Part shown: one piece after another, positions 34,144 to 42,909 of the stretch
How the letters are laid out: each line of letters opens with the position of its first letter
Numbering within the stretch: position 1 is the first letter of the stretch
Source: Pseudomonas phage vB_Pae_SG_WM_Sew_P27
Sequence record: PP740689.1
DNA: 49,812 bases
Reading direction: 5' to 3' (one strand)
Notes under the pieces: generated by a model
Databases searched by the model: none
Seen by the model: only the letters and a program-made list of their open reading frames with translations
Told to the model about the DNA's origin: nothing
Translations under genes and position numbers: made by a program

Positions 34144-35103
34144 TCAATCCTCTTTCGCCCAGGGCCCGCGCCCTTTGGCTTTCATGACTTGGTAGTTGCG
34201 GCGCGCGCGCTCGACGATGGCCGGGACAACCGGATTCCCTTCGTCATCGACCAGTACCTCGACCTGGCTGCACTTGCAGTTGATCGAGTTTCCGTCTCGG
34301 CTGTACCAGTCCCTCACCTCGTCCGAGGTGTAGAGCCTGGCGTGCCTGGCCGCATGGGTTGCCCTGGTGCTGGGGGACAGGGCCGACATATGCATCAGCT
34401 TCGACTGAACGCCGTAGTCGGCCTCAGCAGCGTCTTTCTCGTCCCAGCGAGCCCTTCGGAGAGCGGTTGTGACTTCGGTGCGTGCGATGCGATGGCCGCG
34501 ACGCGCCTCGATGCCGGTCTGTGCGGTCAGGTCCCGTGCGATTTCGCGGGGATTCTTCCCGCGCCCCATGCCCTCGGCGAGAATGCGCGCCATGTCGGCC
34601 TTGACTTGGCCGGACAAGCCCTTCATCTCCTCGAACTCCCGGGCGCGAAGCAGTGCCATCCGCGCGCGGTAGGCGTCGGATCGAAGCAGGACATCCAGCG
34701 ATTCCCGGCCGGCGCGGTATGCAGGCGATTGCTGCGCCAGGTTGGCATGCGTCTGTGCGGTACCGCGGATGTAGGCAACCCCGACATAGGATTCGAAGAA
34801 CCAGAGGTCGCGCTCCCCGCCCTCCTGCAGTATCTCGTCGACCATCAGGTTGGTGTCGGCGAAGATCGCGGAGAGAAGGGCCTGGTCGAGACGGTAGGTG
34901 TACTGCTCATTCACCACCGGCTGGGCCGGGATTCGGTCCAAGGCAGCGACATAGCCATCCCGGATTTTCCGCATGCGCCTGTCGAACTCGCGCATTGCGC
35001 CCCTTTCCAGTCGATCTACCCCGGTCGGGTCACTGCTGCTCGCCGGTAGGATCGGTGCGCGCGGCATCTTCATCCTCCGGTTCGGTATCAGGCAGCGGGT
35101 CAC
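34144..35103 (-). CDS. head morphogenesis protein (Mu gpF / SPP1 gp7 family)
   Basis: Central region LWFFESYVGVAYIRGT ... GRGKNPREIARDL matches Phage_Mu_F minor head proteins. Start is uncertain; several in-frame Met overlap the portal 3' end. Confidence 0.75.
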   Translation of the reverse strand: MTRCLIPNRRMKMPRAPILPASSSDPTGVDRLERGAMREFDRRMRKIRDGYVAALDRIPAQPVVNEQYTYRLDQALLSAIFADTNLMVDEILQEGGERDLWFFESYVGVAYIRGTAQTHANLAQQSPAYRAGRESLDVLLRSDAYRARMALLRAREFEEMKGLSGQVKADMARILAEGMGRGKNPREIARDLTAQTGIEARRGHRIARTEVTTALRRARWDEKDAAEADYGVQSKLMHMSALSPSTRATHAARHARLYTSDEVRDWYSRDGNSINCKCSQVEVLVDDEGNPVVPAIVERARRNYQVMKAKGRGPWAKED

Positions 35104-36481
35104 CGCCCACGAGCGGGTCGTAGCCAGCCTCTTCGCGGATCTCCTCCGCGGTGAATACCGGCTCGCCAGTGCCGATTGCGGCGCTGTTGATCTCGCTCAT
35201 GGTCTTGGAGTTGGCCAGGCGCTCGGCCTTGGTTGGAACGGTGAGGTCATCCCAGATTGCCGTGAACTCGGCCTTCAGAGGGACCACGCCGATGCGCATC
35301 AGGTGCCCGAACAGGTCGTTGATCTCGAACGTCAGTTCTTGCACCCGGCGCGCCTGGCATCTGGCGTTGTGGTACTTCTGGTCCTCACTGCTCGCCCGCT
35401 CGCCGGTCTGCATGCCCACCAGAATCTTGGTCGGGATGTCGACCCCGGCGGCGGCGGTTTGCAGGTTGACGTTGTAGGTTGGGCTGGGGTCCGAAACGGC
35501 GGACACCATCTGCGTGACGGTCGCCCCCTGGGTTGGAAGCAGGACATCGTTGCCGCGGTTTAACTGACGCGCCGCCTCGTTGAAGCGTTCGTTGAGCGCA
35601 TCGATCGTCACGCCGTAGGTGCTGGCGATCTCGCCGAGCTGAATCTCCTTGTCGAAGTTCAGCAGGAGCTGACGTGCGGCGTTCTTGAGGAACGATTCGC
35701 CACTGCCTCCCTCGACCTTCTCAAGGCTGATGAAGGAGTTGTAGGCAGGCTCCAGGAAGCCGATTGCATCGCCGGTCCAGTCGCCGAGGATAAACACCCG
35801 ATCCGGATGGATATCCCGCACCAGGCCAGGGCGCCCGGCTTGGGAGGCCTCGGTGTATTCCCACATGGTGGGCTGCCCGTAGGTCTCGCTATCTAGCTTT
35901 TCGTCGAACGACTTCGGCTTAAGGCACCCAGCCCAGGCCGGGGTGACCTTCGCCAGGCCATTGACCTTTCCCGTGACAGGCATATCCCACGGCTGGCTAT
36001 CCCTGATGTGCAGGAGCAACCCGGAATACCGACCCACCAAGCGGCGCCGGTCGGCTTCGGAGACAGCCCGCCAGAACCTGCCGCCTGCGATCAACGGCTT
36101 GTTCTTCCTCTCCCACTCGGTTTCGTCCTTGGAGCGGTCCTGATCGTCGCCCTCGATGACCTGCGGATTTGTCTTCCAGCACGTGGTGACGATCTTCTCG
36201 ACCGCGCCATGGGCAATACCGCCCCGCCGGTACATGGTGTACAGGTCGTTGAACGTGATTTCCTGAGGGAAACCATACTCGCACCATGCCTGCGGCCGCT
36301 TGGCGTCATGGCCGATGCCCTGGTTCAGCAGGCTCATTCGCGCACGCGCGACAGCACTGCTCATCGCGTGATTGACCGCGAGGTCGAGTTTGTCAGTCAT
36401 GGTCAGTCCGATTTCAGGATGAGGCCTGGCTTGTCCGTCTCGCGGACCAGTTCGACAGAAGAGAGGTTGGGGTCGCGCCAT
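35030..36481 (-). CDS. portal protein
   Basis: About 480-aa acidic protein between TerL and the Mu-F-like gene. AAGGGA RBS before ATG 36481; alternative start at 36400. Confidence 0.75.
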   Translation of the reverse strand: MARPQPLFCRTGPRDGQARPHPEIGLTMTDKLDLAVNHAMSSAVARARMSLLNQGIGHDAKRPQAWCEYGFPQEITFNDLYTMYRRGGIAHGAVEKIVTTCWKTNPQVIEGDDQDRSKDETEWERKNKPLIAGGRFWRAVSEADRRRLVGRYSGLLLHIRDSQPWDMPVTGKVNGLAKVTPAWAGCLKPKSFDEKLDSETYGQPTMWEYTEASQAGRPGLVRDIHPDRVFILGDWTGDAIGFLEPAYNSFISLEKVEGGSGESFLKNAARQLLLNFDKEIQLGEIASTYGVTIDALNERFNEAARQLNRGNDVLLPTQGATVTQMVSAVSDPSPTYNVNLQTAAAGVDIPTKILVGMQTGERASSEDQKYHNARCQARRVQELTFEINDLFGHLMRIGVVPLKAEFTAIWDDLTVPTKAERLANSKTMSEINSAAIGTGEPVFTAEEIREEAGYDPLVGGDPLPDTEPEDEDAARTDPTGEQQ

Positions 36482-36599
36482 ACCATCGTCCCTTCAGCGC
36501 CAGCGTTCTCGACCGCCACGGTGCGGGCGCAGGACGTGCAGCGAGCACGGACCACCATGGAGCGGCTGGTTGCGCGCTCCGTGAGGATGAAGATGGCCA

Positions 36600-37856
36600 T
36601 CAGCGGGCTCCTGGTAGCAGCATACCGACCGCGCCGCGGCGCTTGATCAGCGGGCCCAACGCGTAGCGTGTGGCGTCCCAGTAGTGGTTGTTCTTGTCGA
36701 CGATATCGGTAAGCACATCCCCGGTCTGCCGGTCTACCTTGTAGCTGTATAGCCTGGCCTCGCGGAGGGTTTTCGTGCATCGCTCATGGATCACGATCTC
36801 GACATAGCTGCGAAGGTGGGCAATGCCGTCCTCGACGCTGCCTTTCCATTTCTCGACACCTTCGATCCTGGGCAGACATGCACGACTGCCATCTTTCCCT
36901 TTACTCCTGACGTGGCTGATCGTCTCCGGCCTGGCCGAGTCGGCTCGGACTGCATGTCGTTCGATCCCTGGCAAGCGCCTGATCATGTACTCAGCGATAT
37001 CGTCGTTCTCAAGTCCAACCTTTCCGGCTTCGTGCTCAATCCAAAGCCTGCGGTCGTAAATCCAGCATTTGACGCCGACAGTCGGGTCCTGGCTGAACCC
37101 CCAGTCGATGCCGTAGTAAGGGCCATCCCAATCGGGACCAGGCTCGAACTCGGCCACCCGGTACTTGCCAGCAAGGATCTGAGCGTCGCTGTTCTCGCGG
37201 TAGGCGCCATCCCAGATCCAGGCATAGGTCTGGTCGTCCAGCGTCTGCCGGTCGTTCAGGCGCTCCTGATCGAGCACATCGGGAAACCACGGATTGTCCG
37301 TGTAGTTCATCTCGACGATTTTTGCGCCTGCCGGCATGTTCTTCCGGAACCGGGTGTCGGTGGCGCTTCCATCGCGCTCCGGGTTCCAGGTAATCCAGAC
37401 CTCCGAGTCGTTCTCACGAACCGTCGGCAGGAGCTTTATCCACGCCGTTTCGCTGACGTTTTCAGCCTCGTCAACCCAGGCGATCAGGATTCTGGCCTTC
37501 GACTTGATGCTGTCGAGGTTATGGCGCAATCCGCAGAACACATACGAAATTCGGCGATTCTTGGTCCGAATGTACTTCTCACCAATGTCAAAGTACGCGT
37601 CCAGCCATGGCTCGGATCGAATTGCCTGCTTGATTTCCTCCATGGAGGACTCTTCAAGCGAGTTCATGTACTCGCGCGCCCCGAGGATCACGCCACTGAT
37701 TCCAGCCTCCGCGTACATGTACGCCCTTACTGCCGTCATCTTGGCGAACGTGCGCGTTTTGGCACTGCCTCGTCCACCATGGGCGCCGCGGTACCGGGCA
37801 GGGCCTGAGAAGACTGGTATCAGCTTTGGCGGAAGTTCAATCTTCGCCGTGGTCAT
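36600..37856 (-). CDS. terminase large subunit
   Basis: ATG 37856 (MTTAKIELPP...), then ATPase and nuclease regions (ILIAWVDEAENV, EVWITWNPER). Track ORF 36600..38231 carries an Arg/Ser-rich N-terminal extension that is read-through of terS in another frame. Confidence 0.85.
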   Translation of the reverse strand: MTTAKIELPPKLIPVFSGPARYRGAHGGRGSAKTRTFAKMTAVRAYMYAEAGISGVILGAREYMNSLEESSMEEIKQAIRSEPWLDAYFDIGEKYIRTKNRRISYVFCGLRHNLDSIKSKARILIAWVDEAENVSETAWIKLLPTVRENDSEVWITWNPERDGSATDTRFRKNMPAGAKIVEMNYTDNPWFPDVLDQERLNDRQTLDDQTYAWIWDGAYRENSDAQILAGKYRVAEFEPGPDWDGPYYGIDWGFSQDPTVGVKCWIYDRRLWIEHEAGKVGLENDDIAEYMIRRLPGIERHAVRADSARPETISHVRSKGKDGSRACLPRIEGVEKWKGSVEDGIAHLRSYVEIVIHERCTKTLREARLYSYKVDRQTGDVLTDIVDKNNHYWDATRYALGPLIKRRGAVGMLLPGAR

Positions 37857-38322
37857 GGCCTGGCGCCACAAGCTGGATGGTGGTCGGCATTGTCGGGATC
37901 GGACCTCCGCCAGGGCCAGAGTGCTCGAGCTGGTGCTTGTTGCTGTACATGCCACCCGACTCCTTGGCGGCCTGCTCGTAAAGCTGGGCAGCCAGGGCCA
38001 TGTTTCGCATGCCCTCGGCGCGCTCAGCCATCCGGCCCAATGCCCTAAGTCGGTAGGCGCGGTTGGCGATCGGGATGTCGGCGATCTCCTCGCGGAAGCG
38101 CTTGCGGGTGTCCTCGAAGAGGATCCGCCACTTCGCGGCAAGGCCCTTGCTGCACACCTTGTTCGGGTCGTGCGACTCGATCTGCTGCCGACTGACCTCG
38201 ATGCCGAATTCCTTCTTGACCGATTCCGCAACCTGGGATGGCGTATCGAAACAGGCCAGCGCCTGAACGATGAACGCCTTCACGTCGCTGTTCAGGGTTG
38301 CCATCGTTTTTCTTCCTGTCAT
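37837..38322 (-). CDS. terminase small subunit (DUF2280-like)
   Basis: MATLNSDVKAFIVQALACFDTPSQVAESVKKEFGIEVSRQQI matches the DUF2280 putative TerS family. Overlaps the TerL start by 20 nt. Confidence 0.65.
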   Translation of the reverse strand: MTGRKTMATLNSDVKAFIVQALACFDTPSQVAESVKKEFGIEVSRQQIESHDPNKVCSKGLAAKWRILFEDTRKRFREEIADIPIANRAYRLRALGRMAERAEGMRNMALAAQLYEQAAKESGGMYSNKHQLEHSGPGGGPIPTMPTTIQLVAPGHDHGED

Positions 38323-38335
38323 GGGCCTGTCGTGG

Positions 38336-38965
38336 CTATGCCGACTTCAGCAGGCACGTACCGCAGGCTCTCGAAATGTTAATTTTGGCCACCTCTGGAG
38401 GCCTGCTAGCAGCGTCGATGAGATACTGCACGTCCTTGCTTGGGCCGTACCGCCTCACCACGCCGACGAACTCCTCGACGTCATGCCCGCGGAGCTTCAG
38501 CTTTGGAAAGCCCTCCTCGGTGAACTTGGGCTCGCCATATTGGTTGTGCTCTTGGCAGATGTGGTAGAGCTCATGCTCGACCAATGCGCAGAACTCCGCG
38601 TCGGAGCACTGGGAGCAGTAGTCAGCAGCCAGGGTGATCAGAAACCTCGGCAGGTATCCGAACCAACGGATCATCTGCTGTTCCTGCCTACCCTTCTGCC
38701 AGGCTCCACAGCGGAACGTCACCTCTTCGCACTGACCCAGTACCGTCCTCCCCTGCTTGGTGAAGCTGGAGGCAGCCCATAGGAAAGCGAGAGGAGCGTC
38801 TTGTAGGTGGGCGTGGTCTTCATTGCCCAGGATTCCGTTCGGATCGATTAACACCGACTTCGCCCAAGCCAGAACATCCTGAGCGGGGACAAAGGCGTCC
38901 GCCCAGTCTTCGCCTTCCGCGAACTGCCCGATCGTCTCTGGAGGGTGAGGTCTCTTCAGTTCCAC
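38336..38965 (-). CDS. HExxH-motif protein (putative phage metallopeptidase-like)
   Basis: VEHELYHICQEH motif. Tightly coupled downstream of two small membrane-protein genes and upstream of terS. Confidence 0.4.
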   Translation of the reverse strand: MELKRPHPPETIGQFAEGEDWADAFVPAQDVLAWAKSVLIDPNGILGNEDHAHLQDAPLAFLWAASSFTKQGRTVLGQCEEVTFRCGAWQKGRQEQQMIRWFGYLPRFLITLAADYCSQCSDAEFCALVEHELYHICQEHNQYGEPKFTEEGFPKLKLRGHDVEEFVGVVRRYGPSKDVQYLIDAASRPPEVAKINISRACGTCLLKSA

Positions 38966-39228
38966 GACCAGTCGCTTCCGAATATCTGCCGGCGCCGGGA
39001 CCAGGCGTAAAGTACGAGCCCAGCATGGAGGATCACCGAAAATGGATTAACCGGTGCGCCCTTCATGATTCCGTACAGGATTCCGAATGCACCACCAGCC
39101 ACCAGGTAGAAGGAGATACCCAATAGCGGCTGCCCAGACAACTGGACGGTGCGCAGGAACTCCAGAGCAGCTACAACGACAAGCACACACAGCAGCGCAT
39201 CCAGCGCAGCCAGAATCGACATGATCAT
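38956..39228 (-). CDS. small membrane protein (2-3 TM), holin/antiholin candidate
   Basis: Hydrophobic ILAALDALLCVLVVVAAL and GISFYLVAGGAFGILYGI segments with a charged C-terminus. Adjacent to the holin candidate. Confidence 0.45.
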   Translation of the reverse strand: MIMSILAALDALLCVLVVVAALEFLRTVQLSGQPLLGISFYLVAGGAFGILYGIMKGAPVNPFSVILHAGLVLYAWSRRRQIFGSDWSWN

Positions 39229-39230
39229 GA

Positions 39231-39563
39231 TCAGGTTCCTCTCGTAGGAAGGAACCGCTCTGTGATTGCCGTTACTGCCGCCTTCAGGCCGGGGATGATA
39301 TTCATCGCCAGCAAACCGATGGTGAATGCGACACCACTCAGAAATGCGTCATCGAGTGGAATCTCGTACTCACGCGAAAGCCATGCGGCAACCGGAGCAG
39401 TCCAATAGGTTGAGCACCCGAATCCGGTTGCTACAGCGAGCGCGGCTTGCCAGCGGTTCAGGCCGCTCAGGAATCCAAGGGACAGAATAGACCCCCAGAA
39501 CCCGGCAATAGCGACGCTGTACTTGGCGAAGAGACCTCCGCCAACGGTCGTCATCGGGTCCAT
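39231..39563 (-). CDS. holin candidate (three TM segments)
   Basis: GGAG RBS. Three hydrophobic segments with a charged C-terminus (ERFLPTRGT). First gene of the late operon after the Q-like gene and tRNA. Confidence 0.5.
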   Translation of the reverse strand: MDPMTTVGGGLFAKYSVAIAGFWGSILSLGFLSGLNRWQAALAVATGFGCSTYWTAPVAAWLSREYEIPLDDAFLSGVAFTIGLLAMNIIPGLKAAVTAITERFLPTRGT

Positions 39564-39582
39564 TTGCTTACTCCAGATGCAG

Positions 39583-39607
39583 AAAAGCCCAGGTCATTGC
39601 CTGGGCC
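39583..39607 (-). terminator. terminator-like hairpin between tRNA-Thr and holin (GCCCAGG-caatgac-CCTGGGC + TTTTC on - strand)
   Basis: Read directly from the reverse complement. Confidence 0.5.
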
Positions 39608-39615
39608 TTGTAGTG

Positions 39616-39691
39616 TGGTGCCGGCAGCAGGAGTCGAACCCGCAACCCTCTGATTACAAATCAGCAGCGCTCCCTGTTGCGCCATACCGGC
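39616..39691 (-). tRNA. tRNA-Thr (anticodon UGU)
   Basis: Reverse complement GCCGGTATGGCGCAACAGGGAGCGCTGCTGATTTGTAATCAGAGGGTTGCGGGTTCGACTCCTGCTGCCGGCACCA folds as a cloverleaf: 7-bp acceptor stem (one G-U), D-stem GCGC/GCGC with G18G19, anticodon loop TTTGTAA, T-loop GGTTCGACTCC, discriminator A and encoded CCA. Confidence 0.9.
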
Positions 39692-39857
39692 GTACTTCAA
39701 TGCCGAGCACCTTTACTGGCGCGAACCGGCAGATCTTTCTTGCAGATTGGATATCGTCGGGGTGGATGAGAATTGCGTGGATCGGCTTGCCACGTCGCTC
39801 AGCCTGAAGAAGCCAGCGTCTTATGCGATGCTCGAGATTCATCCATGCCCCGGAAAC

Positions 39858-39883
39858 GAAAAAGCCCCGGCAGATGCCAGGGC
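39858..39883 (-). terminator. tR'-like rho-independent terminator downstream of the Q-like gene
   Basis: On the - strand, GCCCTGGCA-tc-TGCCGGGGC followed by TTTTTC. Sits between a palindromic leader (39891-39919) and the tRNA. Confidence 0.55.
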
Positions 39884-39955
39884 TTCGGTGGTGACTTTCG
39901 CCAGAGGCGAATTTGTCACGATGGAGATAAGTCTGCCTCAGCCGCACATTTGTCG

Positions 39956-40642
39956 TCAAGCAGCATTTTTCATCATTTTTATCGCCGAAGAGACAGGCAC
40001 AAGCGCGGCCTTGTCGAGATCGTTGCAGGCATCGAAACAGGCCTGGATAAAGCCGTCCCATTCCCTATCCCAGTTTCTTGGGTCAAGTTCAATGCCATGC
40101 ATACGGTCAAGCCAGGCGCGGAACGACTCAGGGCTTGGGCAGGGATCAACGCCTTCGCTCTGGCCGCCCTGGTGCATGCGACGGTACCGGAACAAGACTC
40201 CCGCAGCGACATAGCGCGCCTTCTCGAATTTCTTCGTGTACATCCTTGGGCCAGTTTCGTACGCGACCCTGAACACGATCTCTTCCGCTGTCTCTTTGTC
40301 GTCTTCGCCGGCCATCGGGCTGTACATGTGATTGCCGAACACCTTCAGGTGCGCCGGGAGGGTATCGATCGCCTTTTGAATCACGCCGGCGAGCGCCTGG
40401 TGAACAGCCCGAGGAGTGCTAATGTCGCGCTCAGTCCTGGTCTGGTGGATTCCTGGCACGAAGGTGTGCTGGCTGTAGGAGACAGCATCCCCATCATCGT
40501 CGATCTCGGTGATGCGGCGCCGGACATATCCGCCAGCCTCGACAATTCCAAGAGCAGCTCGCTCCGCCGCCTCAGCCATTCCGCTGTTCCAAGGGGTATA
40601 GAACGCATCGTGCCAGGCAATGCGTGCGCTGTTCAGATTCAT
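39956..40642 (-). CDS. hypothetical protein in the Q (late antiterminator) position
   Basis: Last gene before the late leader (promoter-like region, palindrome, terminator). No recognisable motif. The assignment is positional only. Confidence 0.5.
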   Translation of the reverse strand: MNLNSARIAWHDAFYTPWNSGMAEAAERAALGIVEAGGYVRRRITEIDDDGDAVSYSQHTFVPGIHQTRTERDISTPRAVHQALAGVIQKAIDTLPAHLKVFGNHMYSPMAGEDDKETAEEIVFRVAYETGPRMYTKKFEKARYVAAGVLFRYRRMHQGGQSEGVDPCPSPESFRAWLDRMHGIELDPRNWDREWDGFIQACFDACNDLDKAALVPVSSAIKMMKNAA

Positions 40643-40712
40643 TTCCCTTCCCCCTTAATCAGCCCATATTCACGAAGGATTTCCCATTGCTGGGCGATGT
40701 ATTCGGCTAGCG

Positions 40713-41030
40713 TCATGCAGGTTTCGCCTCCTTTCGGAAGGCGGTGGCGACGATCAGGAATTGCACCATGAAGGCAGATGCGCCGAGCATGGGATGCCCA
40801 CTGAAGATCAGCGCGTAAACGTAAAAAATTGAGGGAAGGAGTTGAATCCAGAAGGTCCGGCGGATTCGCTGGCTGATTTCGTCCTTGACCATGCCGCAGA
40901 GCACGCCTATCCAGGCCAGCACGTTCATGATGACGCAGACGTAGAAGGCGAACTGCGATAGCTGGCCGATGCCGGACAGCAGGGAAAGGCTCAGCGTCAT
41001 GCTGATGATGATCGAGATGGTGGTTTTCAT
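40713..41030 (-). CDS. small multi-TM membrane protein (105 aa), lower GC than neighbours
   Basis: 3-4 hydrophobic segments. Its stop abuts the NinG start. Confidence 0.5.
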   Translation of the reverse strand: MKTTISIIISMTLSLSLLSGIGQLSQFAFYVCVIMNVLAWIGVLCGMVKDEISQRIRRTFWIQLLPSIFYVYALIFSGHPMLGASAFMVQFLIVATAFRKEAKPA

Positions 41031-41671
41031 CAGGCAGTCCTCTTTTTCAGTTCGCGCAGCTTGGCGCGGTACTCGGCGGTGATCGCCTTCAGTTCGTCGT
41101 TGGTGTACTTGCGGGGACGGTGATCGGTTTCCAGAGCCTCTACAGCTTCCAGGCCGATGCGTTCGATCAAGCCCTCACGGAAGCCCTGGGAAACGGTAAG
41201 CCCCTTCCTGGCGTACTTGCTGGAGCCGGCGTTACAGGCCTTGCATTGAAGCCATATGTTGGATGGCTCCAGGCGGTGCTCGGGCCTTGCCCCCTTGCCG
41301 AGAAAATGCCCTGCGTCGAATGCACCTCCAGTCTTCCAGCCTTGTTCGGCCAGTACCTCGGCCTGAGACTTGCCGCAGCTTATGCAGCCGCTGCCGATGG
41401 AAAGTTCGTAGGTTCGCCGGTAGTCCCGAACGGCCTTCTCTGCATCTTTGATGTGGTCGCTGTGCGTCTTCAGCCTCTCCTTCCGAACCTTGATCTCCCT
41501 CCGCTCGCGGTCAGCGATGGCCTTCCGCGCCGGCTTGGCGTGCTTGTCCTTGATGGCCAGGGCGCATGCCGGCGAGCAGACGCGCTGCCCGAGGCGCTGA
41601 GGGACGAACGTGGTGCCGCACTCAGGGTTCTTGCACTTGCGGGGCTTGGGCTGGCTGGTGGAAAGCGTCAT
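41030..41671 (-). CDS. ninG: NinG/Rap-like recombination endonuclease
   Basis: [11 protein letters not shown]...CSPAC N-terminal zinc motif, then CISCG...DAGHF...QCKACN...[11 protein letters not shown]...[17 protein letters not shown], collinear with lambda NinG. ATG 41671 with AAGGTGA RBS. Confidence 0.8.
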   Translation of the reverse strand: MTLSTSQPKPRKCKNPECGTTFVPQRLGQRVCSPACALAIKDKHAKPARKAIADRERREIKVRKERLKTHSDHIKDAEKAVRDYRRTYELSIGSGCISCGKSQAEVLAEQGWKTGGAFDAGHFLGKGARPEHRLEPSNIWLQCKACNAGSSKYARKGLTVSQGFREGLIERIGLEAVEALETDHRPRKYTNDELKAITAEYRAKLRELKKRTA

Positions 41672-41916
41672 GCCGTCACCTTGGGATCTACAAGGATCAA
41701 AACCGGGCCCCCCATGAACCAAGTTGAATGCTGCCCACACCTCCCGCACGTCAGGCGGTCATGCATCTGATCGACCTCAACCGATTCCACCCAGCCACCG
41801 CAGTTGCCCTGCCAAGTGTTGCAATGCGGACACATCTGGTCGCTATATCGCGTTTCAAGCCAAGCCTGGCGCTCCTTGCGTTCGGCGAAGCGCTTTAGCC
41901 AAGTCCAGAACTTCAT
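41668..41916 (-). CDS. small zinc-finger protein (CPHC...CGRCG), NinD/NinF-like
   Basis: ORF track. Two CxxC pairs. Located in the nin region. Confidence 0.45.
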   Translation of the reverse strand: MKFWTWLKRFAERKERQAWLETRYSDQMCPHCNTWQGNCGGWVESVEVDQMHDRLTCGRCGQHSTWFMGGPVLILVDPKVTA

Positions 41917-42221
41917 GCCTCCACCCCCTTCGCCTTCTGCTGCTCGGGCTGGAAGTCGCCGCGCAGGGGCATGAGATACCGTTCAGGTATGTAGAGCCGG
42001 TCTCCTTCATGGAGCACCCACCAAGCTGGCCGAATCACCTGAAAGGTCTGGCCGTCTTCGGCAAACAGATCACCAGGGGCAAGTCGAGACATCAACTCGA
42101 CTACCACTCCCGCACTGATGCAGCTGGGGATGTCTTGCAGATTAAGAGCGAGATCGCCCGCCTTGAACTTGCTCATGCGACCTCCTGCATCATCAGCGGC
42201 CACCCTTGCTCGGCGGCCCAC
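41913..42221 (-). CDS. hypothetical nin-region protein
   Basis: ORF track. Likely real start is the internal Met at about 42176. Confidence 0.4.
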   Translation of the reverse strand: MGRRARVAADDAGGRMSKFKAGDLALNLQDIPSCISAGVVVELMSRLAPGDLFAEDGQTFQVIRPAWWVLHEGDRLYIPERYLMPLRGDFQPEQQKAKGVEA

Positions 42222-42610
42222 GCTTCGATCTTGGTCATGTAGATTCCAAACTCGTCTACGGTCAGCTTCGTGGTGCTGATGCCGCGCAACTCGGTCGAGC
42301 CGTCCGGCAACTTCACGTCCTCGCAGCCGATGAACCAGCGCTTGAACTGTTCGTGCCAGACCTGATCGTCGAACTGGCGGTTGTCGACCCAGGCGACGGC
42401 GGCCAGCTCGCGCAGAAGGGACCAGTACCGCTTGTTCTGCTCAATGGAGCGCTTCGACTTGAGAGGGCGTAGAACCAGCTCGTAGCCACCCTGTGCTTCT
42501 TTCATCAGCCCCTGGATGAGGTTCCAGGCCGCGACGAAAGCCGGACGGATGCCGGCAGCGCCTTGGATGCGGAAAGTGCGGTCAGCCACAGCACACCCCC
42601 AAGCTATCAA
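42173..42610 (-). CDS. ninB: NinB (Orf-family recombination mediator)
   Basis: RSIEQNKRYWSLLRELA matches the NinB ERNRSLDQNRKLWA core. Size about 145 aa. Confidence 0.7.
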   Translation of the reverse strand: MIAWGCAVADRTFRIQGAAGIRPAFVAAWNLIQGLMKEAQGGYELVLRPLKSKRSIEQNKRYWSLLRELAAVAWVDNRQFDDQVWHEQFKRWFIGCEDVKLPDGSTELRGISTTKLTVDEFGIYMTKIEAWAAEQGWPLMMQEVA

Positions 42611-42797
42611 TCATCACGTCATTGCGCGCAGTGCAGACGGCCTCAGTTACCGGGTCACAGTCGTACACACCGATCAGTTCGCCGTTTACGATCTCGCCGT
42701 CGCGGCATTGCATCTCTGCTTCGCGCCATGTATTGGCCTCGACCTGGCGACCGTAGGTGCGCAGGCCTTCCATGCGGATCAGTTCGAAGGTCTTCAT
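42582..42797 (-). CDS. hypothetical small protein
   Basis: ORF track only. Confidence 0.3.
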   Translation of the reverse strand: MKTFELIRMEGLRTYGRQVEANTWREAEMQCRDGEIVNGELIGVYDCDPVTEAVCTARNDVMIDSLGVCCG

Positions 42798-42909
42798 GCC
42801 TCAACCCTCCCCTGCGGCCAAATGCTCTTCACGACCGCGAGCGGGTCGCAGTCCTCCATCAGAATCATCGTGAAGCGCTTGGCGCCTACGACTACGGTCA
42901 AGGAGCGTT

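Noticed and set aside
31687-35049. 1120-aa ORF on the + strand
   Set aside because: It is antisense to the capsid, scaffold, Mu-F and portal genes and has a low-complexity Gly/Ala/Arg-rich translation. It is a typical stop-codon-poor antisense artefact of high-GC DNA.
36600-38231. Long N-terminal extension of the terminase ORF
   Set aside because: The first 125 codons are Arg/Ser/Thr-rich read-through of the terS region in another frame. A proper Met (MTTAKIELPP) begins the conserved TerL sequence.
39692-39955. tRNA as attachment site or host boundary
   Set aside because: The tRNA lies deep inside the phage late region, with phage genes on both sides, and has a complete 3' end. It is cargo, not attB.
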